Assembly: GCA_026936335.1 (NCBI GenBank)
Contig: JAPMXV010000016.1
Location: forward strand, 124,001 to 188,000
DNA: 64,000 bases
DNA from: Mantamonas sphyraenae STR306
Lineage: Eukaryota > Protista > CRuMs
Direction: 5' to 3'
Part shown: positions 47,201 to 59,469 of the stretch, piece by piece
Position numbering within the stretch: the first letter of the stretch is position 1
Layout of the letters: each line of letters begins with the position of its first letter
Notes under the pieces: generated by a model
What the model was told of the DNA's origin: nothing
Seen by the model: only the letters and a program-made list of their open reading frames with translations
The model's database searches: none
Made by a program: the position numbers and the translations under genes

Positions 47201-50200
47201 TCTGCTGTGTCAAGTCGCGCTGGTGTCGTGCCCGTTCAGCTTCGCGTGTCATCTCATCAGCGCGCCGTGCCTCCGTGGCGAGATCGCTTTGCAGCGCACT
47301 CATGGCACGCTCCAATTCCTGCCCGCGTGCTTCCACGTGCTGCTGGTGCTGTTCCACGGCATGCAAGGCCATGGCAAGCGCCGTATTGTCACTCTGCAAG
47401 TTTGCAATAGACTCGCTCTGCTCACGAAGCACAGCAGCCTCCTGCTTAAGCACATCCAGTTCCAATTGCAACGCACGGACGTTGCCATGTGCTTCCGCAG
47501 CCTCTTGGGATGCCACCATGCGTTGCTTGTGTGCTTCTTGTTCTCGTGCATGGCTCTCGTGGATCTGCTCCTGATGCATCCTCGACATGTGGTTCAGATG
47601 GCTTACTTGTTGTTCTCGCTGCTCCATCGTCTCCTGCAGCGTGTCAACTTGTGCCTCCAGTTCGCGTATCTGTTCTTGCTGGCGCTGAGACTCGCGTCCA
47701 GCCTCGTTCAGTTCGTCATTGAGCTGCTTGCACACCTGCAATAGCTCACCGTGAACCCGCTCTAGCTGTGCACGTGAGTCGTCGGCCTGCGTGCGGGGCT
47801 GCAGGGCAATCTCGTTTGTGCTTTGGTCCACAGTCTGCGCCATGGCTGTCAGCTGCATGTTGCTCTCATCCAGCTGCTGTTTCGAATGGCTTAGCCTGTC
47901 CTCAAGCCGTGTGTTCCGAGCATTCAGCACGTGCATCTGCCCTTGTGTGTCCTGCACCTGCTTCTGCAGCATGTCATGCTCCAACTGCAGCTTCTGATGG
48001 CTTTGTTGCAGCAGGATGAGCTCGTGTCCTGTGCGTTCAACAGTCATCGTCAACTGCTGTGCCTCGAGCCTCCACCGTTCGGCCTCTGCGCCCCGTGCGT
48101 GCGATTCCTGCTGTAACGCAGCGATGCGTGAGGAAGCAACACTGTTCTGTGCGTGTTGCCGTTTCAACTGTTGAACCAAGGTGCGGTTTGCCTGCTGCAA
48201 GGCCGCACACTGTTGCTTCGTCTCTGTGTGCTGCTCGCGTTCTTGCGACAGAGCTTGCTCTTTGACTTCCGTTTTCTCCATCCAGGTCTGCGTCTCTCTT
48301 GTCGACCGCGCCAGCATGCCTTCCAGCTGCGCCTTCTCTGCCCCGTGCAGCTTCTCCATCCTCTCCCTCTCTGCCTGCACATCAGCATCATTGCCATCCG
48401 CAGCCATCTCTGCCTCCAGTGCACTCCTCAACCCAGCCATCTGCTCCTGCATGTTCCTCATCATCCTCTCCAGCTCGCTCCTCTCCTCCTCAACCCGTTT
48501 CCTCCTCCTGCTCTCTTCTTCAGCATCCTCCTTTGCCCGTGCCAGCATGCCTTCCAGCTGCGCCTTCTCTGCCCCGTGCAGCTTCTCCATCCTCTCCCTC
48601 TCTGCCTGCATATCACCATCATTGCCATCCGCAGCCATCTCTGCCTCCAGTGCACTCCTCAACCCAGCCATCTGCTCCTGCATATTCCTCATCATCCTCT
48701 CCAGCTCGCTCCTCTCCTCCTCCACCCGTTTCCTCCTCCTGCTCTCCTGCTCTGCATCCTCCTTTGCCCGTGCCAGCATGCCTTCCAGCTGCGCCTTCTC
48801 TGCCCCGTGCAGCTTCTCCATCCTCTCCCTCTCTGCCTGCACATCACCATCATTGCCATCCGCAGCCATCTCTGCCTCCAGTGCACTCCTCAACCCAGCC
48901 ATCTGCTCCTGCATGTTCCTCATCATCCTCTCCAGCTCGCTCCTCTCCTCCTCAACCCGTTTCCTCCTCCTGCTCTCCTCCTCTGCATCCTCCTTTGCCC
49001 GTGCCAGCATTCCCTCCAGCTGCGCCTTCTCTGCCCCGTGCAGCTTCTCCATCCTCTCCCTCTCTGCCTGCATATCACCATCATTGCCATCCACAGCCAT
49101 CTCTGCCTCCAGTGCACTCCTCAACCCAGCCATCTGCTCCTGCATATTCCTCATCATCCTCTCCAGCTCGCCCCTCTCCTCCTCCACCCGCTTCCTCCTC
49201 CTGCTCTCCTCCTCTGCATCTTCCTTTGCCCGTGCCAGCATTCCCTCCAGCTGCGCCTTCTCTGCCCCGTGCAGCTTCTCCATCCTCTCCCTCTCTGCCT
49301 GCACATCACCATCATTGCCATCCGCAGCCATCTCTGCCTCCAGTGCACTCCTCAACCCAGCCATCTGCTCCTGCATGTTCCTCATCATCCTCTCCAGCTC
49401 GCTCCTCTCCTCCTCCACCCGCTTCCTCCTCCTGCTCTCCTCCTCTGCATCTTCCTTTGCCCGTGCCAGCATGCCTTCCAGCTGCGCCTTCTCTGCCCCG
49501 TGCAGCTTCTCCATCCTCTCCCTCTCTGCCTGCACATCACCATCATTGCCATCCGCAGCCATCTCTGCCTCCAGGGCACTCCTCAACCCAGCCATCTGCT
49601 CCTGCATGTTCCTCATCATCCTCTCCAGCTCGCTCCTCTCCTCCTCCACCCGTTTCCTCCTCCTGCTCTCCTCCTCTGCATCCTCCTTTGCCCGTGCCAG
49701 CATGCCTTCCAGCTGCGCCTTCTCTGCCCCGTGCAGCTTCTCCATCCTCTCCCTCTCTGCCTGCACATCAGCATCATTGCCATCCGCAGCCATCTCTGCC
49801 TCCAGGGCACTCCTCAACCCAGCCATCTGCTCCTGCATGTTCCTCATCATCCTCTCCAGCTCGCTCCTCTCCTCCTCCACCCGCTTCCTCCTCCTGCTCT
49901 CTTCTTCAGCATCTTCCTTTGCCCGCGCCAGCATGCCTTCCAGCTGCGCCTTCTCTGCCCCGTGCAGCTTCTCCATCCTCTCCCTCTCTGCCTGCACATC
50001 ACCATCATTGCCATCCACAGCCATCTCTGCCTCCAGTGCACTCCTCAACCCAGCCATCTGCTCCTGCATGTTCCTCATCATCCTCTCCAGCTCGCTCCTC
50101 TCCTCCTCCACCCGCTTCCTCCTCCTGCTCTCCTCCTCTGCATCCTCCTTTGCCCGTGCCAGCATTCCCTCCAGCTGCGCCTTCTCTGCTCCGTGCAGCT

Positions 50201-51762
50201 TCTCCATCCTCTCCCTCTCTGCCTGCACATCAGCATCATTGCCATCCGCAGCCATCTCTGCCTCCAGTGCACTCCTCAACCCAGCCATCTGCTCCTGCAT
50301 GTTCCTCATCATCCTCTCCAGCTCGCTCCTCTCCTCCTCCACCCGCTTCCTCCTCCTGCTCTCCTCCTCTGCATCCTCCTTTGCCCGTGCCAGCATTCCC
50401 TCCAGCTGCGCCTTCTCTGCCCCGTGCAGCTTCTCCATCCTCTCCCTCTCTGCCTGCACATCACCATCATTGCCATCCGCAGCCATCTCTGCCTCCAGTG
50501 CACTCCTCAACCCAGCCATCTGCTCCTGCATGTTCTCTCATCCTCCTCTCCAGCTCGCTCCTCTCCTCCTCCACCCGCTTCCTCCTCCTGCTCTCCTCCT
50601 CTGCATCCTCCTTTGCCCGTGCCAGCATGCCTTCCAGCTGCGCCTTCTCTGCCCCGTGCAGCTTCTCCATCCTCTCCCTCTCTGCCTGCACATCACCATC
50701 ATTGCCATCCGCAGCCATCTCTGCCTCCAGTGCACTCCTCAACCCAGCCATCTGCTCCTGCATATTCCTCATCATCCTCTCCAGTTCGCTCCTCTCCTCC
50801 TCCACCCGCTTCCTCCTCCTGCTCTCTTCTTCAGCTTCCTTTCTCGCTCGTGCCATCATCCCCTCAAGTTGTTCCTTTTCTGCCGAATACAATCGTCGTA
50901 GATGTGCGTTCTCCATCTCCAACTCGACGTTCCGTTCCTTCTCTCTTTCGCAAACGCTCATCTCCTCCACCAGCGTCTGCTGCAATTCCTGAGCCTGTTT
51001 CTGCATCGTCCTAGTCACCTCTTGATATTCTCCAAGTTCCCTTTGTGCTTGTGTCTTCTCCTTTTTCAGCGCCTGGATCTCCGCCCGGCTCGTGCGCAAT
51101 TCGTCTTCCAGCATCTCCAGCTCCTCCTTTGCCAGTACCTCATCCATAACGCTCCGCATTTCCCCGTTCTGCTTGCTCATGTTCTCCATCACTTTGTACA
51201 GTTCCTTTGCTTCCTCCTCTTGCTGTCGCTGCTTCTCCTGCAGTTCCTCCACTTGTCGCCTGAGCCCGTCCACCTCGCTATGGGCCGCTGCCAATTCCTT
51301 CCGACGATCCTCTTGCAGCTCCGTTTCTCGTGCCAATTCGTGAAACAATTGTGTGCTCACATTCATCATTCTCTGCAGGCTGCGGATGTGTTCCACCTCG
51401 GCTTCCTCTTCCTGCGACCCAAATTTCTCGGCGCGCGCCAAAAGCGCGCCAACCCGTTCCGATGCACGCCGTACCGTCTCTCGGCTCGCTCGCCACCACA
51501 TTGAGTCTTCGCCGTCGCCATCCTTTGCCGTCGCCTGTACAATGACCTCACACAGCTTGTCCAATGTCTTGCCCAGCTCTCGGGCCTGTGCATGATCCGC
51601 CGCTTGCCTCGCAGCACGCCGTTCCTCTGCATCTCGCAGCCGTTCGAGTTCCGCGTCGTCCCGCCTGCTTTCCTGTTCCATTTGGCGGATGTGTGCCTTC
51701 AGTTGTTCGGTGAGCGTCTGCTCCTGCAGCAGCCATTGCCGCAGTTGCGTCGCGGACGCCAT
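41241..51762 (-). CDS. Giant (~3,500 aa) coiled-coil protein with 77-aa tandem repeats and a Sfi1-type centrin-binding repeat array; one apparent frameshift at ~50535
   Basis: ORFs 50467-51843 and 41241-50531 join inside the repeat array. Region ~42400-46000 has dozens of R-rich AxxxW...L.RAW..W units spaced 25-33 aa. Confidence 0.75.
48310..50852. repeat. Coding tandem array, 11 x 231 bp
   Basis: Near-identical units start at 48310, 48541, 48772 ... 50389 and 50621 (one unit is 232 bp). The array is strongly pyrimidine-rich on the + strand. Confidence 0.97.
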
Positions 51763-51945
51763 GTCTTCCTTCTGCGTCTGCGTTTGCGTCTGCGTCGTCT
51801 CTGTTCTGTCCAACTGCTTGCAATCCACTACTGTGTCAAACAATCAAACACACCCCTTGTGTCGATGCTTGTCGAAATGAACCGCAAATGCCCACGCAGC
51901 AGCCAGCCCAACCGAATTTTCCTTTGCCCAGCACAGCGCCGCCAC

Positions 51946-54017
51946 ATGTCCACCTCTTCTTCAAAATCGGTTCGTCCCAAAGATGAGCTGGTCCTGAAGA
52001 TCATCAAAGGCGTGGGTCTGTGTCCCAAGGACCGTCTTGGTACGTGTGGCGTGCCTTTCCACGCTGGGATGACTTTGGATTTGCCCTTTCACTCACACGC
52101 CGGCTCCCACCCTCCAACCAGGCACCGCCGATCCATTCTGTGTCGTCTCCATAGGGGACACACAGATCATGAAGACCAATGTCAAACGACGCACCCTTGA
52201 ACCGCGGTGGGGAACGAAAACATCCATGTATGTGGTTAGAAGTCGGTGGGAAGCGTGTGCCAAGGTTGCACTCTCACACTCTCGCACACGCCACAGCGAT
52301 CTGGAAGACTATAGCGACGATACAGATGTGACGTTTACCGTCCTCCACGGCTCCGTGCTGAAAAAGAATAGCAACTTTATGGGCACAGCGGTGGTGCGGC
52401 TCGGGGAGCTCCTGGATTTTGGGAACGAGCCAACGCGCATCAAACTGAGCGACCGCTCTGCGGACGATGACGAGGCCAATGATTCCATGGACCGAGACGA
52501 CGACTGTGGGGACATTGTTGTGTTGGTTCAACGCTCCAAGAGCGAAGAGCGTGCACGTGTCAGCCTGGACGACTTTGACCTGCTTGCCGTTATTGGACAG
52601 GGCACCTATGGCAAGGTACGGCACCTGTCCCCACCACAGAAGCAACCCCACCCGCGCCCACTGACTGACTCTTTTGGCCTTCTCACCCTCTCATTGTGTT
52701 TTCCAACTCACAGGTGTTCCAGGTGCGCAAGAGGTCCAGCGGGCAGATCTTTGCCATGAAGGTGATCAAGAAACACCGCATCCTCACCATGAATGAGGTG
52801 GAACACACCATGACGGAACGGGAGGTGCTGCACGACGTCGACTCGCCCTTTGTTGTCAAGATGCACTACGCATTCCAGTCGGAGGACAGCCTGCACTTTG
52901 TGATGGACTTTGTTCCAGGTGGCGAGCTTTTTTTCCACCTTCAGCAGGTACGATCCCCAGTGGTGGCATTCCCGTCACTCCATCTGCCCACACGCCTTAC
53001 ATTGACTTGCCCTTGTGTGCTCACACTTTCATTTCTGCAATGTTTGATGTGTCCTCCCACGCTTTGCAGGAGACGGTGTTCTCGGACGAGCGGGTTCGCT
53101 TCTACGCTGCCGAGCTGGTGCTTGCGTTGGAGCACCTGCACAAGCTCAACATCGTGTACCGAGACTTGAAGCCGGAGAATGTGCTCCTCGATGCAGAGGG
53201 ACACGTTGCACTGACCGACTTTGGCCTCAGCAAGGGTGGGCTTGGATACGGCGACACCACAAAAACCTTTTGTGGCACCGCCGAGTATCTGGCCCCTGAA
53301 ATGGTCCTTGGGCAACCCTATGGCTTTGCCGTCGACTGGTGGTCCTTGGGACTCCTCCTCTATGAGATGTATTGCGGAGACGTACGTTCGGATGTCCTGT
53401 CCCCCGCAGCCTGCCTGTGTTTTTGTTTTTTGCCAGCTCCTTCGCTCACCTTTCTCCTTTCTCGTTTGCTCCTCACACAGACACCCTTCTTTGACGAGAA
53501 CCCGCATGAGATGTACAACAAGATTCTACAAGACGACTTGGAGTTCCCAGATTACATGAGCGAGCCTGCCATGGACCTCATCTCGGGGGTAAGTGGCCCG
53601 CTTTGCTAATTGCCAACACGAACCCACGCTCACAATCCCCCCCGAAACCCCCTCTGTCCCCCCATCATTGGCAAACACACGTGACATTGCCCACCTTGCA
53701 CACACCCACAGCTGCTGGACCGCAGTCCATCCCGCCGGCTGGGAGGCTCGATCGTCGATGCAGCAGAGATCAAACTGCACAACTACTTTCACGGCATGGA
53801 TTGGAAGCGTGTGGCTCGACGCAAGGAACCGCCTCCGTTTGTGCCTGATGTGAAGAGTCTGGAGGACACGCACTTGTTTGACGAGGAGTTTACGTCCAAG
53901 ACACCCGAGCTCTCGTTGGCAGACACGACCCTGACCTCTGCCGACCAGGAACACTTTGTCGGGTTCAGCTACAGTGGCTCCTCTCTCAGCAATGCCTCGT
54001 TGGGCAACAGTTCGTGA
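51946..54017 (+). CDS. C2-domain AGC kinase (Ypk/Gad8/SGK/Akt-related), ~7 exons
   Basis: C2 domain ([14 protein letters not shown]). Kinase motifs [19 protein letters not shown], activation loop [14 protein letters not shown], hydrophobic motif FVGFSY. Confidence 0.92.
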
Positions 54018-54649
54018 GGAATGGTCCCAGCTGCCATCATGAATGCAACACAATCCATTTCTGGAGTCGTGAGTTTTACACACACACACACCTCGCACAC
54101 ACCTCGCACACATACACGCACGTGCCACCTGTGTGCACTTGGACGTTTTGGCCACGGGCATCACTCGTTTGCAAGTCCCCACCACACGCCTGAGCTCCAT
54201 GTGCATGTTGGCAAACCACCACAAGGGGGTGCTTGGCTGCAAATTCGACGCCAAAGTGTCGTCGACATGGCCTGTGCAGGCCTGCGGCACAGCGGCCTAC
54301 GGACGTCGCGTGTGCATGCTGCACTGTGCACACATATGTACAGGCATGGTGGAGGAACGAGCATGGGCATGGACGTGCATGCAGTCGTGTGTGTGGAGAA
54401 AGGCGGAGGAATCGGCGCAGCTGGGAGATGGGTGATCCCCTCTCGTGGCAGGGGGAGCGTCACCGCACAAACGGGGCAAAAACTGACGCAGACACGGGAT
54501 GTACCCTTTGTCAGACACCCTCGGAGGCCGAGCACTCGCAGTTTGAACCCATTGCTGCTTTCGAGAACCAGTGACCGTCCCCATCTTGCACGTGTGCATA
54601 GAACGACGGGCCAGGAAAAAAAAGCACCTCACACACGCAACACAGCCAA

Positions 54650-57600
54650 ATGTCGGCCTGTTCAGCGAGCGGCTGCTCGTGCGAGCAGTTCACGCCGCAT
54701 GCATGGAAGAAGGGCAAGTGCGGAGATTGCTTCCACAGCGAAGAGGAACACGGCGGAGGCGCTGGAGGTGGCAACGCCAATGCCAGTGCGGGCGAGAAGT
54801 CAGGTGCCTCGGGCACAAAGAATCTTGCAGCACGTTTTGAACAACAGAGCCAAACCACCCAGGAGATGCCTGCATGGAAGAAGCGATTATCACAGGCAAA
54901 GGCAATGTCGCCTGTGAGTGGCGCAGGTTCTCCCAGCGCAGGTTCATCCACCCTCAGTTCGCCCGGCAGCGGCGGAGGAGGCGGCAGCCAGAAACCACTC
55001 TGGCAACGCAATCTGGAACAAAAGAAGCTGCAACGCTTTGAAGAAACCACAAGCACAGGGTCGGGCAACCACAACAGCAGTGGTGGCACCAGTGGCAGCG
55101 GCGGTGGGACGAACACATCCAACACGAGCAACACAGGCAGCGGAAACACAACAAGCAAGCCCTGGCAAAAAGCGGGGAACAACACAACCAACAACACCAA
55201 CAGTCCCAAGGCGGGCAACGACACGTCCAATAGCAACGACAACGTGCCTGCTTGGAAGAAAGAGCTTCAAGAACGCAAGGGTGGCTTTGGTGGCGTCTCG
55301 TCTGCGTCTAGTCTCGGTGGGGGCGGCGGCAATCGCAACACCGTCGGTTCCCTCGCTGCAAAGTTTATGCAGGACAAGTCGTCTGGCGAGCAGAGTGGAT
55401 CCACCACGTCGCCCAAGAGCCCCAGTGGTGGTGGTGGTGGTGGAGGTGGTGGTGGCAGCGGTGCAAGCAGTCCTTCGTGGAAAAAGAATGTGGGTGGAGG
55501 CGGCAGCGAGAGCGCGTCGTCGTCGCCGGTCAGCGCAGCACGAAACAAGTTTCAGCAGGCAGCAGCGGCAGCAGCAGCTGGGTCATCGCCGTCCATATCG
55601 TTGTCCAACACTGGAGCAAACACGAGCAACAACAGCAACGGGACCAGCAACAGGATCAGCACCAACACCGGCGGCAGCACCGGCAGCAGCACCGGCACCA
55701 GCAATAGCACCAGCACAGCGGCGTCGTCGCCAAAGACACCGTCTGCCGGCGGCGGGTCGGTCAGTGCAAATCGTCGCATGTTTGAACAGCAGCAGAGCGG
55801 CAGCAGCCCGAGCAGCCCGAGCAGCAGGACGAGCAACTCCACAAGCTCGCCATGGAAAACCAACAGCCAGCAGAACGAAAGCACGTCGAACACCACCACC
55901 CCAGAGGTGAATGTGGAGGAGGCGGAGCCGAAGGAGGACTCGCAGCGTGTGGACAGCGGCGGCGTTGGGTCGATTGTAAGTGCACTGGCACAGGTGGACC
56001 GAGACAACCAGGCAGCAGCTGCAGCGATGGCAGGCACACGCACGCAACAGCTACAGGTGCAGGAAACACGGGAACGGCGCTCCAAGTCAGACACATCTGC
56101 ACAGGAGAATGCTGCGCTGGCGGCAATCGTAAGGAAACCCAAAGGCAAGCTGTACGTGGCCTTGTACGACTTTTCCATGCAAAACACGAGCACAACCAAG
56201 TTTTTGCAGTTTGTGGAGGGCGACACCATCGAAGTGGTGGACGACAGCGGCACCGACGGCTGGTGGGAGGGCAAGTGCAACGGCGAGCTGGGCTACTTTC
56301 CCAACAACTACGTGGAGCCTGCAGAGAACACCAAGGCGAATGCCTCGGTGCCGTTGGAACAGATGACGCGCGAGCAGCTGCTGAGCGAATTCGACAACGT
56401 CAAGGTGGAGCTGGCCGATCTGGCGCAGGAGTTGAGCAAGCTCCGTTCCAGCAGGCAAGCACAGTGGAGGCAAACAGAGGTGCGTTCACTGGAAAGCCAG
56501 ATCAAGGAGGTGCAGCAGCGCAAGAATCGCATCGACGACCTTCTCAAACAGACTGCACCCGTGATCAAGGAGACCACGGTGTGCATCCGCATGCAGGCCA
56601 AGTTTGACTTTGACACGGCGCAGGACGACGAATTGCCGTTCAAGAAGGGCGACATCATCACTGTGACAGACATGAGCGACCAAGCGTGGTGGCTGGGCAC
56701 AAACGGCTCGCGCCACGGCCTGTTTCCCAGCACGTATGTGCGCGAGCTGCGCAGTGAGAGTGCACAGACCAAGACGGTGACCGTGAAGGCGAAGCACTCG
56801 TACGTGGCGCAGTCCAGCGAGGAACTGGCCTTCAAGCGAGGCGACTACATTGAGATCCTGAGCAAGGAGACCGAAGACGAAGGCTGGTGGCTGGGCAAGC
56901 TGGCGGGCATGCAGGGCATCTTCCCATCCAACTATGTGGAGGAGGTGAGTGTAAAGAGCGCCACAGACGGCACGTCCGCGGCCGCCGAGGCCGACGACGT
57001 GGGCATGTCGGTACGCAAAATGGGCCGCACGAGCTCGTTGCGCCAGAAGCAGAAGCGGTCGCGCGAGTCGACCCAGTCCAATGGCGTGCGTGCAAAGGCT
57101 ATCCATGCATACCAGGCCAAGATGGACGGCGAGCTGTCGTTTGCCAAGGGCCAAGTGATCATGGTGATTTCGCAACAGACGCAGGACCCCGGCTGGTGGT
57201 TGGGTGCCATTGCAGGCACCAAGGGTGTGTTTCCTTCCAACTTTGTGCGTCTGGTGAAGGACTCGGAGGTGCTTGTGAGTGCAGGCGACTCGGAGGACGA
57301 CAGCAACAGCGGCTCGGCAAAGGCAGGGTCTGGTAGGAGCAGCGGCAACGACAACGAGGAGGAGCAAGGCTCTGGAGAGGAGCTTGCGTTGCCGGCCAAG
57401 AGTGAGGCAGTGCACACATACACCTCTTACACGCCCGGGGAACTGTCGTTCAAGAAGGGAGACACGGTGATTGTGACGGCGGTGGAAACGAACGACGAGG
57501 GATGGTGGAGAGGCGAGGTGTACAAAGACAACGGCAAGCGCACGGGTGTGTTTCCCAGTGCGTACGTGCGCGTGGTCGGCCCTGCAGACGACAGCAGCGA

Positions 57601-59438
57601 CATGATGGGAGGCGGCAGCGGCACGGGCACACCCGGATCGCCGGCTGCAGGCGGACGCAGGCTGGACGGAGGCGCAGGGACGGCCATGGGCATGGGCGAT
57701 GTCGGGAGGAACAGTGGGGAGGCAACCGCCATTGTGGATGGCATGGTCAAGGGCGTGTCTGCGTTGCAATTGCTGGGCACGGCGCTGCACAGCTACGAGT
57801 CGTACACCGAGGGAGAACTGTCGTTCCAGAAGGGAGATGTGATTCTGGTGGAGGAGCGCGAAACCGAGGACGAGGGCTGGTGGAGGGGCACGCGGCACAC
57901 GGCAGAGGGTGGCTCGGGCGAGACAGGCGCGTCGGGAGTGTTTCCGTCCAACTACGTGCGTGTGGAGAACGAGGAGGAGGTGGAGGCGTTGAAGAAGCGC
58001 ATGGTGTACGCACAGGCCAAGTATGCGTACAACTCGTACGTGGAAGGGGAACTGAGCTTCCGCATCGGCGACCAAATCCTGGTGTTGAACAAAAAGACAC
58101 AGGATGGCGGATGGTGGCTGGGCGAGATCGGCAACCGGCGAGGCGTGTTTCCTGCGTCGTATGTGCAGGAGGTGCAGGAAGAGACAGCCAAAAGGCACAC
58201 GTCGGAGCAGAATGCGCTGCAGGGGGTGGGCTCGTCGTCCGGTGGAGACAGCGACGGGTCGGCAGATGCAGAGCTTAACCGACTGGACAAGGAGCGCAGG
58301 GACGCGGGCGCAGAGTACAAGCAGATCAAGAAGAAGATCCAGGAGCAACAAAAGGCAAAGATTGCCATCGAGAGCCTGCGCGGCATGTATGCAGACAACC
58401 CGGCGGCGTTGGCCAACGTGGAAGAGGAAATCACCATGTGGAACGAAAAGATTGCTGCGCTGAAGGATCGCAAGGCGCAGGTGGAGGATCTGATGTACGA
58501 GCTGGACCAGCAGATCGAGGCGGTGGAAAATGCACAAAAAGCGGCCGAGGAGGAGGCCAAGAGAGCCGCAGAGGCAGAGGCAGCGGCGGCAGCAGGCACA
58601 AGTACAGACAGTGGCAGCGCAGGCGGCGCAGGCAGTGATCAGTGGACGGCCAAGGCAAAGTATGCGTACACGTCGTTTGATGCCGCGGAGCTGAATTTCT
58701 CCAAGGGTGATATCATCGTGGTGTTGGACCAGGCGGTCGATGGCGACGAGGGCGTGTTCAAAGGTGAGCTGAATGGCAAGACTGGCACGTTCCCTGCCAC
58801 GTATGTGAAGCTGATTCCGCCTGCGAGCGGCGGCGGAGGAGCAAGTGCAAGCGGTGCAGCAAGCAGCGACGGGGGTCAAGCAGGCGCTGCAGGTGCAAGT
58901 GCAGGCAGTGGTGCAGGCAGTGGTGCAGGCAGTGACCAGTGGACGGCCAAGGCCAAGTATGCGTACACGTCGTTTGATTCGGCAGAGCTGAACTTTGAGA
59001 AGGGTGACATCATTGTGGTGCTGGACCAGGCGGTGGGTGGTGACGAGGGCGTGTTCAAGGGCGAGCTGAATGGCAAGACTGGCACGTTCCCTGCCACGTA
59101 TGTGAAGCTGATTCCGCCCGCGAGTGGAGCGAGCGCTGGCACGGGTGCTGGCACAGCAGCAGCAGGTGGCAGCAGCAACGGCAGCAGCATCCCGAGTGAC
59201 CAGTGGACAGCCAAGGCCAAGTATGCGTACACGTCGTTTGATTCGGCAGAGCTGAACTTTGAAAAGGGGGACATCATTGTGGTGCTGGACCAGGCGGTGG
59301 GTGGCGACGAGGGCGTGTTCAAGGGCGAGCTGAATGGCAAGACTGGCACGTTCCCTGCCACGTATGTGAAGCTGATCCCGCCTGCGGATGGAAGCGGAGG
59401 AACAGGAGCAACAACAGCGAAAAAGAGCGAATCACAGG

Positions 59439-59469
<31 letters not shown>

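Noticed and set aside
50525-50550. Programmed ribosomal frameshift
   Set aside because: There is no slippery heptamer, and the change is confined to one copy of a hard-to-assemble repeat.
48310-50852. 231-bp array as a CRISPR array or satellite
   Set aside because: It has no unique spacers, the unit length is a multiple of 3, and it lies in frame within a protein.
15475-51014. Long antisense or alternate-frame ORFs (e.g. 15475-17475, 25653-28445, 33126-35240, 48153-51014)
   Set aside because: These are shadows of real genes caused by high GC and scarce TAA/TAG. They contain no recognisable domains.
12921-54017. A functional Ca2+ gene cluster (EF-WD40, SAM-TM, SERCA, Sfi1, C2 kinase)
   Set aside because: The genes are interspersed with unrelated housekeeping genes, and nothing beyond chance supports linkage.
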